This document shows positions 26,168 through 34,858 of a stretch of DNA of 34,858 bases, piece by piece. The stretch spans positions 1-34,858 of the forward strand of contig JARRQT010000054.1 of the NCBI GenBank assembly GCA_037381445.1, read 5' to 3'. The DNA comes from Calditrichia bacterium. GTDB lineage: Bacteria > Calditrichota > Calditrichia > RBG-13-44-9. The stretch's first letter is position 1, and the number at the start of each line of letters is the position of its first letter. The notes below the pieces were generated by a model. The model searched no databases. It was not told the DNA's origin and was given only the letters and a program-made list of their open reading frames with translations. Both the position numbers and the translations under genes were made by a program.

Positions 26168-26187
26168 TGAAAGATAGCGAGGCAAGA

Positions 26188-29100
26188 ATGTTTAAAGAAA
26201 GGACCGGGAAGGTTAATTTAACTGAAACTGAAAAAGACATTCTGAAATATTGGGAAGAACACGATATTTTCAATAAAAGCCTGGAATTAAGGAAAGATTC
26301 CCCCCACTTCGTATTCTATGAGGGACCTCCCACCGCCAACGGGCGCCCGGGTATTCACCATGTGATGAGCCGGACGGTGAAGGATATTGTCTGCCGGTAT
26401 AAAACGATGCAGGGTTTCTATGTCAGCCGCAAGGCCGGATGGGATACACATGGTCTTCCCGTGGAAATCGAAGTGGAAAAGCTGCTCAATATAGAGGGAA
26501 AAGAGCAGATCGAGGAATACGGGGTTGACAAATTCAATGAAAAATGCAAAGAAAGTGTTTTTAATTATAAAAAGGAATGGGACGATCTGACCAAACGCAT
26601 GGGATACTGGCTGGATTTGGACGATCCTTATGTCACATTCCATAATAGCTATATTGAGTCGGTCTGGTGGATCCTGAAAAATTTCCATGAGAGGGGATTG
26701 ATCTACCGGGGATTCAAGATATTGCCATATTGCCCGCGCTGCGAAACACCGCTTTCCAGTCACGAGGTGTCCCAGGGGTATCGGGAAGTGAAAGATCCCT
26801 CCATTTACATAAAATTCCGTGCAGAGGATGAGGATGATACTTATTTCCTGGTTTGGACCACCACCCCCTGGACGCTGATCTCAAATGTGGCGCTGGCCGT
26901 TCATCCCGATGTGGAATATTTGAAGGTCAAAGCGAATGGCGAGAAACTGATTATTGCGCAGCCGCGCGCGCAGGAGGTGCTGGGTGAGGATTTCGAAATC
27001 CTGGAGCGATTCAAAGGCTGGGAGCTTGAACATAAGCGGTATAAGCGCCTTTTTGATTTCGTCCCTGTCGATCAGGATGCCTTTTATGTGGTATTGGGTG
27101 ATTTTGTTACCACCGAAGACGGCACCGGCATCGTTCACATTGCGCCTGCTTTTGGCGAAGATGATAATGAAGTCGGAAAAAAGTATAACCTCCCCATTCT
27201 CAGGCCGGTTGATAAGAGCGGTAAATTTGAAGAGGTGGTAACCTATTACAAGGGCAAGTTTGTAAAGGATGCCGATCCTGAGATCATAATGGATTTAAAG
27301 AAGCGCAATATTCTTTTCCGGAAGGAAATGGTAGTGCACAGCTATCCCCATTGCTGGCGCTGCGATTCACCGCTGCTCTATTACGCCCGGGAATCGTGGT
27401 ATATACGCACAACGGAATTCAAAGACAAAATGATTAAAAATAACAATCATATACACTGGTTCCCGCCGGAAGTCGGGGAGGGCAGGTTTGGCGAATGGCT
27501 GAAAAACAATGTGGACTGGTCTCTCTCCCGGGACAGGTACTGGGGCACCCCGCTGAATATATGGGTTTGCACCGAATGCGGGCATCAGGTATCCATTGGC
27601 AGCATCGAAGAATTGAAACAGAAGGGGCAGAATCTCCCTGAAAATATTGATCTGCACAAACCCTATGTTGATCAGATAACGCTGGCCTGCCCCGAGTGCG
27701 GCGGAAACATGAAACGCACGCCGGAAGTCATTGACGTCTGGTTCGATTCGGGAAGCATGCCCTACGCGCAGTGGCATTATCCTTTCGAAAATAATGAGAT
27801 TTTCAAACAAAATTTCCCCGCGGATTTTATCTGTGAAGGTGTTGATCAAACCCGCGGGTGGTTCTATTCCCTGCTGGCAATATCCACCATGCTTTTCGAT
27901 GAACCGGCTTTCAGGAATATTGTGGTGAACGAACTGATTCTCGATAAAGAAGGTCAGAAAATGAGTAAATCCCGCGGAAATGCGGTGGTACCGGAAGACA
28001 TAATTTCACGCTATGGTGTGGATCCCCTGCGCTGGTATTTCATTACGGTGAGCTCGCCCTGGGTGCCAAAACGGTTCGACAGCGAAGGCATCTCGGAAAT
28101 TTACCGCAAATTCTTCGATACGCTTTTTAACACCTATGGATTTTTCGCCCTCTACGCGAATATCGACGACTTTAGCGCTGATGCCGAGGCAGTTCCTTTC
28201 GAAGAGCGACCGGAAATTGACCGCTGGATTCTTTCGCTTCTCTATTCCGTGGTTGAACAAGTCGGCGACAGGATGGAAAATTTCGATATGACGCGGGCAG
28301 CCCGCATCGTATCTGATTTCATCATTGATGATGTTTCGAACTGGTATGTGCGGCGGAACCGGCGTCGGTTTTGGAAAGGCGAAATGAACGCCGACAAGCT
28401 TTCCGCTTATCAGACTTTATACGAGGTTCTGCTGACGACCGCCAAACTGATCGCGCCCTTCACGCCGTTCGTGAGTGATGAACTGTATCTGAATCTGAAA
28501 ACGGATGACATGCCTGCCTCCGTCCACCTTGTGGATTACCCCAAAGTCTCGGATGAGATGAAGGAAAAACGGAACGTACTGCTGGAAGAACGGATGAGGG
28601 TGGCACAGGAAGTGGTGAGCCTGGCCCGCGCCATGCGGAACGAAGTGAGAATAAAAGTACGGCAGCCGCTGTCCCGGCTGATTGTGGCTTCCGTTTCGAA
28701 ATCTACACGGGAAGCTGCGCTGCAGATGGTCGCCATCATCAAAGACGAAATAAATGTTAAAAATGTGGAAGTGACCGAAAAAATTAGTGATATTGTGCTG
28801 AAGAAAGCACGTCCACAGTATAAACAATTAGGTCCAAGGGTTGGCAAGTTGATGAAGAAAGTAGCGGAAATAATAGAGAACCTGAATGAAGAGTCGGTCA
28901 ACCGGCTGGAATCGGCAGGTGAAATTACGCTTGATCTGGAAGGCTCTCAGATTCATGTATTTCCGGAAGATGTGGAAATCTATGATGAGAAAAAGAACGA
29001 AGACCTGGCTGTGGGACGGGAAGGACAACTGGTTGTGGCGCTTGATACCCGGCTGAATGCGCAGCTAAAATCCGAAGGTGTCGCGCGCGAGTTTGTCAAC

Positions 29101-29334
29101 CGCATCCAGAACCTGAGAAAAGAGGCGGGATTTGAGGTGACCGACAGAATCAATATTTATTTCGATGCCCAGAAAGAAATTAGTGAAGCGATCAGGAATT
29201 TGGACGATTATATTAAGACTGAAACGCTTGCACTTGAAGTCGCCCCGGTATTCAAGAAAGCGGATATCTCAAAAGAAATTAATATAAACGAAGAAAAAAT
29301 ACTGGTTTCACTTAAAAGAATTAATAATAAATAA
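26188..29334 (+). CDS. ileS: Isoleucine--tRNA ligase, type 2
   Basis: FYEGPPTANG.PGIHH, GWDTHGLP, VWTTTPWTL, GTGIVH.AP, HSYPHCWRC, SRDRYWGTP, KMSKS, IleRS2-type C-terminus (EGVAREFVNRIQNLRK). Confidence 0.97.
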   Translation: MFKERTGKVNLTETEKDILKYWEEHDIFNKSLELRKDSPHFVFYEGPPTANGRPGIHHVMSRTVKDIVCRYKTMQGFYVSRKAGWDTHGLPVEIEVEKLLNIEGKEQIEEYGVDKFNEKCKESVFNYKKEWDDLTKRMGYWLDLDDPYVTFHNSYIESVWWILKNFHERGLIYRGFKILPYCPRCETPLSSHEVSQGYREVKDPSIYIKFRAEDEDDTYFLVWTTTPWTLISNVALAVHPDVEYLKVKANGEKLIIAQPRAQEVLGEDFEILERFKGWELEHKRYKRLFDFVPVDQDAFYVVLGDFVTTEDGTGIVHIAPAFGEDDNEVGKKYNLPILRPVDKSGKFEEVVTYYKGKFVKDADPEIIMDLKKRNILFRKEMVVHSYPHCWRCDSPLLYYARESWYIRTTEFKDKMIKNNNHIHWFPPEVGEGRFGEWLKNNVDWSLSRDRYWGTPLNIWVCTECGHQVSIGSIEELKQKGQNLPENIDLHKPYVDQITLACPECGGNMKRTPEVIDVWFDSGSMPYAQWHYPFENNEIFKQNFPADFICEGVDQTRGWFYSLLAISTMLFDEPAFRNIVVNELILDKEGQKMSKSRGNAVVPEDIISRYGVDPLRWYFITVSSPWVPKRFDSEGISEIYRKFFDTLFNTYGFFALYANIDDFSADAEAVPFEERPEIDRWILSLLYSVVEQVGDRMENFDMTRAARIVSDFIIDDVSNWYVRRNRRRFWKGEMNADKLSAYQTLYEVLLTTAKLIAPFTPFVSDELYLNLKTDDMPASVHLVDYPKVSDEMKEKRNVLLEERMRVAQEVVSLARAMRNEVRIKVRQPLSRLIVASVSKSTREAALQMVAIIKDEINVKNVEVTEKISDIVLKKARPQYKQLGPRVGKLMKKVAEIIENLNEESVNRLESAGEITLDLEGSQIHVFPEDVEIYDEKKNEDLAVGREGQLVVALDTRLNAQLKSEGVAREFVNRIQNLRKEAGFEVTDRINIYFDAQKEISEAIRNLDDYIKTETLALEVAPVFKKADISKEININEEKILVSLKRINNK

Positions 29335-29355
29335 GGTCTTAATTAGGAGTTAACG

Positions 29356-29724
29356 ATGGATGCAGAAAAATTAGAATTTTTCAGAAAGTTGCTGTTGGAA
29401 AAACGCAAGGAAGTCCATGAAAGAATCGCCCATTTACGGGAAGTTGCACTGGAGACTCCTGCAAATACCGGTAACAACTCCGGATACTCCTTTCATATGG
29501 CAGACCAGGGAACGGACGCTATGGAGCGGGAAAAGGCTTTTCTGTTTTTGTCCCGTGAGGAAAAATATTTGCAGCAGATTGAACGTTCACTCAGCGCCAT
29601 CAATCTGGGCGAGTACGGCATATGCCGGGTATGCGGTCGGGACATCGACGAAGAACGTTTGAAAGCAGTCCCCACGACCCGAATTTGTGTTCCTTGCAAA
29701 CAAACAGAATCGCGGAGAAAGTAG
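29356..29724 (+). CDS. dksA: TraR/DksA C4 zinc-finger protein
   Basis: HMADQGTD coiled-coil tip and YGICRVCG..I..ERLKAVP.TRICVPC; AGGAG RBS. Confidence 0.85.
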   Translation: MDAEKLEFFRKLLLEKRKEVHERIAHLREVALETPANTGNNSGYSFHMADQGTDAMEREKAFLFLSREEKYLQQIERSLSAINLGEYGICRVCGRDIDEERLKAVPTTRICVPCKQTESRRK

Positions 29725-30300
29725 TTGCCCAATAAATTATTTTTACGATATCCACAGCTGAAATCTATTTTTGTTATTATTTTTTCGGTTCTTTTTCTGG
29801 ATCAAATTACTAAAGTGCTGGCGCGGGTATATCTGGAGCCTGTCCATTCGGTTTCTGTGATTGGTAATTTCTTCCGGTTGACATACGTCGAAAATCCGGG
29901 TATTGCCTTTGGTATCCGGATTGATAACAAGGTGTTTTTCACCATTTTATCAATTGTTGCGGTAGTAGTCATATTCTATTACCTCTTCTCACTGCGCGAA
30001 CGAAAAGGAATCAGCTATGCATTCGCCACAATTCTGGGCGGTGCATTTGGTAATTTAATAGATCGATTTTTCTACGGCAGGGTCGTGGATTTTATGGATT
30101 TTGAGTTCTTCAACATTCATATCCCTCCCTTTAAGTTTCTGTTTTTCAATTTCAGCGGTTACTCAATGGACCGCTGGCCGGTTTTTAATGTAGCAGACAT
30201 GGCAGTCAGTTTGGGAATGATCATGGTTATTGCCATTGCAGTATTCGATAACGATGAACAAAAAGAAACCTCCACTGATGTCGTTCCCGAACAGGATTGA
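29725..30300 (+). CDS. lspA: Lipoprotein signal peptidase II
   Basis: LDQITK, ENPGIAFG, GGAFGNLIDR, VVDF and FNVAD (catalytic Asp pair). TTG start abuts the dksA stop. Confidence 0.95.
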   Translation: MPNKLFLRYPQLKSIFVIIFSVLFLDQITKVLARVYLEPVHSVSVIGNFFRLTYVENPGIAFGIRIDNKVFFTILSIVAVVVIFYYLFSLRERKGISYAFATILGGAFGNLIDRFFYGRVVDFMDFEFFNIHIPPFKFLFFNFSGYSMDRWPVFNVADMAVSLGMIMVIAIAVFDNDEQKETSTDVVPEQD

Positions 30301-31276
30301 ACTCACCGTCGGTTCTTCAGAAACCGGAATGAGAGTGGACAGATTCCTGCATCATAGATTTCCGGAACGCTCACGTTCTTCCTTCCAAAATCTTATCGAT
30401 GAAAGTTTAGTAGTGATAGCAGGCATAAGCGTAAAGTCTTCCTACAAGGTAACGGAAGGCGAAGTGGTTTCCGTTACCTTTCCACCTACCGCTGAGCCGG
30501 AGGTTATCCCGCAGAAGATCCCGGTAGATATTATCTACGAAGACCGTGATATCATCGTGTTGAATAAACCGGCAGGCCTGGTGGTTCATCCTGGTGCAGG
30601 CGTCAGAGACGGAACGCTGGTAAACGGGCTGGTGTATCTTCACAAAAGTTTATCAGGGGTCGGAGGCCGGCTGCGACCGGGCATCGTTCATCGCCTGGAC
30701 AAAAATACCAGCGGTCTGCTGGTGGTTGCCAAGAATGATGAGGCCCATTGGAATCTCACTAGACAGTTTTCCGAAAAGAGTGCTTACCGCATTTATTTTG
30801 CGCTGGTCTGGTTTCCCATGAAGGAAAAGGAGGGGAAAATTGAGACCTATTTGAACCGCAGCAAGCGGGACCGAACCATGTTTGCTGTTGCCGAGAGCGG
30901 CAGAAAAGCGATAACCTTCTTTCAGGTGGAAAAGTCATTCCAATTTCTCACGCTTCTGCGGGTCCGCTTGATGACCGGACGGACCCATCAGATAAGAATT
31001 CACCTCAATCATATCCATCACCCTGTTTTCGGAGATCCGGAATATCATGGCCGGCTCAAACAAATAAACCAGTTGGAGCGGCAGGCCGATCATCAATTTG
31101 CCAGGCATTTGCTGGGAATGATTCCCCACCAGGCTCTGCATGCCAGGGAACTGGGTTTCGTTCACCCCGCCACCGGCCGTGAAGTGCATTTTGAAGCACC
31201 CCTGCCGCCCGATTTCAAAAATGTGCTTAATGCACTTGAAAAAAGAGAAAATGAAGCCGATAGAGCGGAAAAATGA
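30278..31276 (+). CDS. rluD: RluA/RluD-family 23S rRNA pseudouridine synthase
   Basis: S4 domain, NKPAGLVVHP, RPGIVHRLDKNTSG, TGRTHQIR.H, QALHA. Confidence 0.93.
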   Translation: MSFPNRIELTVGSSETGMRVDRFLHHRFPERSRSSFQNLIDESLVVIAGISVKSSYKVTEGEVVSVTFPPTAEPEVIPQKIPVDIIYEDRDIIVLNKPAGLVVHPGAGVRDGTLVNGLVYLHKSLSGVGGRLRPGIVHRLDKNTSGLLVVAKNDEAHWNLTRQFSEKSAYRIYFALVWFPMKEKEGKIETYLNRSKRDRTMFAVAESGRKAITFFQVEKSFQFLTLLRVRLMTGRTHQIRIHLNHIHHPVFGDPEYHGRLKQINQLERQADHQFARHLLGMIPHQALHARELGFVHPATGREVHFEAPLPPDFKNVLNALEKRENEADRAEK

Positions 31277-31362
31277 CTTTTACGAAGACGAAAAATATCA
31301 TTAATTAGTTATCGGATTTCCGGAAAAAACATTCTTTTGGGAAAATAATTTATGAAATGGTC

Positions 31363-31391
31363 TTGCCGTCAACGGAGAAAAATAATAATTT
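31363..31391 (+). promoter_or_regulatory. Putative promoter of the DUF1573 operon
   Basis: TTGCCG, 17-bp spacer, TAATTT. Confidence 0.45.
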
Positions 31392-31427
31392 TCAATGTAA
31401 TCCGTCGTCTAAAAGCTGGAGTGTAGA

Positions 31428-32111
31428 ATGAGACTGCAAAAATCTTCCCTGATAATAGTACTGCTGCTTTTTGCCCTGACCGCATGGGCGCAGGATTTCG
31501 AACTGCTGACACCCCCGGTGCTGGATATCGGAACGGTTCCCAGCGATACTATTGCCGGCGGCGTCATACGGTTTAAAAATGCCGGCGACTCAACCATTGT
31601 GATCGGAAGAGTTGAAACGAGCTGCGGCTGTACCGTCGTTAACCTCGACAAATTAACTTATAATCCCGGCGAAGAAGGGATGCTGCCGGTCCGGTTCAAT
31701 ACGAAGGGCTATTCGGGAACCGTCCGGAAAAGAATTGATATCATGCTGGAAAAAGGGGAGCCCTCTGACACCCGGGTGATTCTGCAGGCCAGGGTGATTC
31801 CCCAGATCGAAATTGAGCCGCGCTTTGTGGATTTTCAGAACGCTTCAATAAAAGAGAAACCCATCCGGCGCGAGATCACCATCAAAAACAACATGGACCG
31901 AACCCTATACTCAGATCAGATTATGGCGGCCAATCCCGAACTTAAGATTGAACCGGAAAGCATATCAGTTGCGCCCGGAGATTCCGTGAAGCTGTGGGTG
32001 AATTATAAACCGGAAAAGCCGGAAAGAAACAGCAGCACCATCATGATCAAATTCAGCAAGCCTTTTAAAATGGAGCGCCGGATCCCGGTATTTATGTATG
32101 TTCATGAATGA
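31428..32111 (+). CDS. DUF1573 (Ig-like) exported protein
   Basis: Signal peptide; FKNAGD..IVI..VETSCGCT...PGEEG.L.V.FNT; second Ig-like domain (ISVAPGDS). Confidence 0.85.
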   Translation: MRLQKSSLIIVLLLFALTAWAQDFELLTPPVLDIGTVPSDTIAGGVIRFKNAGDSTIVIGRVETSCGCTVVNLDKLTYNPGEEGMLPVRFNTKGYSGTVRKRIDIMLEKGEPSDTRVILQARVIPQIEIEPRFVDFQNASIKEKPIRREITIKNNMDRTLYSDQIMAANPELKIEPESISVAPGDSVKLWVNYKPEKPERNSSTIMIKFSKPFKMERRIPVFMYVHE

Positions 32112-32191
32112 AGAAATAGATCAGTTAACCTGACCTGAGTTATCAGGCGCAGGTAGGAATTCTGTTTCATCTCCTCCAAAGATGGAGAGAT

Positions 32192-32665
32192 ATGAAAAGA
32201 CTTTTATTCAGATTATTTTTTATATGTCTCACCGCATTGGTCATTGGATTAGTCTATAACCAGATTTATCCTAACGGGATAAAGTGGCCCATGTTGTCAC
32301 CCGGGCTGACTTCTTCAGCAGATCATTTGGACATTACGCTGATTTCCGCCGATTCGGCTTTCGTCTTATGGAATCGGGAGGAAGCGATGTTTTTGGATAT
32401 CCGCTCCAGGGAAGACTTTGCGTTGGACCATATCAAGGGGGCGCATAATATTCCGCTGAATGAGCTCGTGCGAGGGATTGTGCCGGCCGATCTGATTTCC
32501 GGAAAAAAATGGATCATTTATGACGAGGAAGGGGATATGCGCAATCTGCAGATTTCGGCGAGATTTCTGGTCAGCAAAGGGATTCACCCTGCTTATATTC
32601 TTTTTGGAGGGTTTCTGAATTGGCTGGACAGGGATTATCCCATTGAACGCGGGGTGTCCGTTTGA
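32192..32665 (+). CDS. Membrane-anchored rhodanese-like domain protein lacking the catalytic Cys
   Basis: FLDIRS.EDF..HIKGAHNIP and ILFGGFLNW....YPIE rhodanese signatures; active-site loop reads IIYDEE instead of I.YC. Confidence 0.85.
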   Translation: MKRLLFRLFFICLTALVIGLVYNQIYPNGIKWPMLSPGLTSSADHLDITLISADSAFVLWNREEAMFLDIRSREDFALDHIKGAHNIPLNELVRGIVPADLISGKKWIIYDEEGDMRNLQISARFLVSKGIHPAYILFGGFLNWLDRDYPIERGVSV

Positions 32666-33105
32666 AGAAAGCCAACAGCGCTATCCTATTTCTGCTTCGG
32701 ATCTTTTTCGCAATTCTGTTCTTTTACTCCGCCTATTCCAAACTGGCTGCACCGCTCGATTTTGCAGGCGCCATTGAAAATTATCAGGTGTTTGGTCCTC
32801 TGGCGGCCCGCTGGATCGCTGTTTTTGTCCCGATGCTGGAATTGCTTGTGGGATTTATGCTGCTTACCGGATTGTACAAACAGGAAGCTTTTGTACTGAC
32901 CATATTTCTTTTCCTTATATTTGATGTTATTGTTCTGCAGGCGTATCTGCGGGGACTGGACATTTCGTGTGGCTGTTTCGGTGAATCACTCAATGCATCG
33001 GTAAATTTCTGGAAAATCACTGAAAATACTGTTCTGACTTTACTGGCGCTATGGGGCTGGGTGCTGCTGGGGCGGCTCCGAGAAATCCGGGAAATCCAGC
33101 AATGA
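32662..33105 (+). CDS. MauE/DoxX-family redox-associated membrane protein
   Basis: SKLAAP.DFA.AI.NYQ, VP.LEL..G..L, RGLDISCGCFG; start overlaps the upstream stop (TTGA). Confidence 0.88.
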   Translation: MKKANSAILFLLRIFFAILFFYSAYSKLAAPLDFAGAIENYQVFGPLAARWIAVFVPMLELLVGFMLLTGLYKQEAFVLTIFLFLIFDVIVLQAYLRGLDISCGCFGESLNASVNFWKITENTVLTLLALWGWVLLGRLREIREIQQ

Positions 33106-33151
33106 CTTAATGTATTGAATGAAGAACAATTAGAAGGTATGCTTTGATAAT

Positions 33152-33187
33152 AAAAAAGGCGGGCTATCGGACCCGCCTTAATTTTTT
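33152..33187. terminator. Bidirectional Rho-independent terminator
   Basis: AAAAAAGGCGGG-ctatcgga-CCCGCCTT-aaTTTTTT between the convergent mauE-like and acnA genes. Confidence 0.85.
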
Positions 33188-33190
33188 CGA

Positions 33191-34858
33191 TCAGGATTCC
33201 CGCCGCATCTGACGCAATACGGTCTGCAGAATTCCGCCGTTTTCATAATATTCCACTTCAATCGGCGTATCCAGTCTCACAATCACATTGAAGGTCGTTT
33301 CGGTGTTATTGTCATCCACTGCTGAGATGCTGATTTCTTTGCCCGGCGTAAGACCTTCCTCAATTCCTGATATAGTATAGATTTCCCGCCCGGACAGGCC
33401 CAGTTTTTTCCAGGAGTCTCTCTTTTCAAATTGCAGCGGCAGCACTCCCATTCCGATAAGGTTGCTGCGGTGAATGCGCTCATAACTTTCCGCCAAAACC
33501 GCTTTCACGCCCAGCAATGTCGTTCCCTTGGCTGCCCAATCCCGCGAACTGCCGGTGCCGTATTCCTTTCCGGCGATCACAATCAGGGGAGTGTTATCCT
33601 GCTGATATTTCATGGCAGCGTCATAGATGAACATCTGTTTGCCGCTTGGAAAATAAATCGTGTACCCGCCTTCCACATTCTCCAGCAATTGGTTCCGAAT
33701 GCGGATATTGCCGAATGTTCCGCGCATCATCACCTCATGATTGCCGCGCCGCGAACCGAAAGAATTGAAATCTTTTACTTCGACGCCATGATCAGTCAGA
33801 TACTTGCCTGCAGGACTGTGGTAAGGAATGGCCCCGGCGGGAGAGATATGATCGGTCGTGACTGAATCGCCGAACAATCCCAGCACCCTTGCACCTTTTA
33901 TATTGCCTGGTTTTGCCTTCTCGGCGGGCATATCAACAAAGAAGGGAGGATTCTTAATGTAAGTGGATTTGGCATCCCAATGGTAGAGCTGCGTTTCAGC
34001 AACATCCAGTGAACGCCAGTTTTCATCACCGTCATATACTTTCCCATATTTCTCTTTGAACATTCCGACATCCAGGGAATGCTCAATCGTTTTTGCGATT
34101 TCATCCTGTGACGGCCAGATATCCTTTAGAAAAACAGACTTTCCTTCCTTATCCAACCCCACAGGTTCCTTCTCAAAATCGATATCAATCCGGCCGGCAA
34201 GAGCGTAGGCTACCACTAGGGGAGGGGATGCCAGGTAATTGGCCCGCACGGACGGATGAATGCGCCCTTCGAAATTACGGTTCCCGCTCAAAACTGCTGC
34301 GGCGACCAGGTCCCCTTCTTTGATTCCGTTGGCGATTGCCTCCGGCAAGGGGCCGCTGTTCCCGATGCAGGTGGTGCAGCCATATCCAACCAGGTTGAAT
34401 TTCTGGGCATCCAGCGCTTCAGTTAAGCCTGCGCTCTTCAGGTAATCCGTCACCACGCGGCTCCCGGGAGCCAGACTGGTTTTTACCCAGGGTTTGGTTT
34501 TGATGCCTTTCTCCAAGGCTTTTTGGGCCAGCAGACCTGCTGCGATCATGACCGATGGATTGGAAGTGTTGGTGCAACTGGTAATGGCGGCAATGACGAC
34601 CGAACCGTGGGTGATTTCGAAATTTTCCTTCCCGATTGCCACGTTGACAAAATCCTGATGTTTGGGTGAGGCGGAACCTCCCTCATATTGCATCCTCGAC
34701 TGGTTCTTTTCTTCATCCGGCGGAGCGGATTTGCTGAAGACCTTTTGCAGTGAATCATAAAAAACAGGCTTCATTTCTTTCAAAGGAATGCGGTCCTGGG
34801 GCCGTTTGGGACCTGCCAGGCTGGGTTCAATTTCAGACATATCCAGTTCAAGCATGAC
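33191..34858 (-). CDS. acnA: Aconitate hydratase A (5' part outside the window)
   Basis: AGPKRPQDR, IAAITSCTNTSNP, GYGCTTCIGNSG, SGNRNFEGR, DSVTTDHISPAG, GSSRDWAAKG. Confidence 0.98.
   Translation of the reverse strand, partial: VMLELDMSEIEPSLAGPKRPQDRIPLKEMKPVFYDSLQKVFSKSAPPDEEKNQSRMQYEGGSASPKHQDFVNVAIGKENFEITHGSVVIAAITSCTNTSNPSVMIAAGLLAQKALEKGIKTKPWVKTSLAPGSRVVTDYLKSAGLTEALDAQKFNLVGYGCTTCIGNSGPLPEAIANGIKEGDLVAAAVLSGNRNFEGRIHPSVRANYLASPPLVVAYALAGRIDIDFEKEPVGLDKEGKSVFLKDIWPSQDEIAKTIEHSLDVGMFKEKYGKVYDGDENWRSLDVAETQLYHWDAKSTYIKNPPFFVDMPAEKAKPGNIKGARVLGLFGDSVTTDHISPAGAIPYHSPAGKYLTDHGVEVKDFNSFGSRRGNHEVMMRGTFGNIRIRNQLLENVEGGYTIYFPSGKQMFIYDAAMKYQQDNTPLIVIAGKEYGTGSSRDWAAKGTTLLGVKAVLAESYERIHRSNLIGMGVLPLQFEKRDSWKKLGLSGREIYTISGIEEGLTPGKEISISAVDDNNTETTFNVIVRLDTPIEVEYYENGGILQTVLRQMRRES

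Noticed and set aside
32109..32156. DUF1573 TGA followed by a SECIS-like hairpin (GUUA loop 27 nt downstream), suggesting selenocysteine readthrough
   Set aside because: Readthrough adds only RNRSVNLT before another TGA and then a TAG. There is no downstream domain or redox motif, and the protein already ends like a complete Ig domain.
1..34858. CRISPR arrays, tRNA/rRNA genes, T-box before ileS, intact IS elements
   Set aside because: No regularly spaced repeats, cloverleafs or transposase ORFs were seen, and ileS has no leader space. This was by eye, so tRNAscan and Infernal should confirm.

Overview
Gene-dense, mostly core-chromosome window from a diderm bacterium. The gene set (smg-topA-xerC-hpf-hprK-PTS IIA; yggS-divIVA-punA-ileS-dksA-lspA-rluD; a lamin-tail surface protein with a FlgD/CHU_C-like tail) suggests an FCB-group lineage such as Calditrichota (inference only). 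About 35 CDS are supported, including a partial DtxR/MntR regulator at the left edge (absent from the ORF track), a partial aconitase A at the right edge and an EamA gene remnant. I see no rRNA, tRNA, CRISPR array, prophage or intact transposase. The most notable items are: (i) a receiver-domain + metallo-beta-lactamase-fold hydrolase pair behind a near-consensus CRP/FNR-family site in class II geometry; (ii) a Tat-exported DUF362 protein paired with a polyferredoxin carrying an internal twin-arginine motif; (iii) a DUF1573 / Cys-less rhodanese / MauE module with an RBS-occluding hairpin; (iv) a type 2 IleRS with the non-canonical GIHH motif; (v) a SloR/MtsR-like operator over the dtxR promoter; (vi) a RudS-like DUF523-DUF1722 + SRPBCC pair; (vii) an orphan membrane-anchored SBP abutting a dGTPase; (viii) a suspicious dnaG 3' end. 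All family calls come from motif recognition by eye, with no database search.
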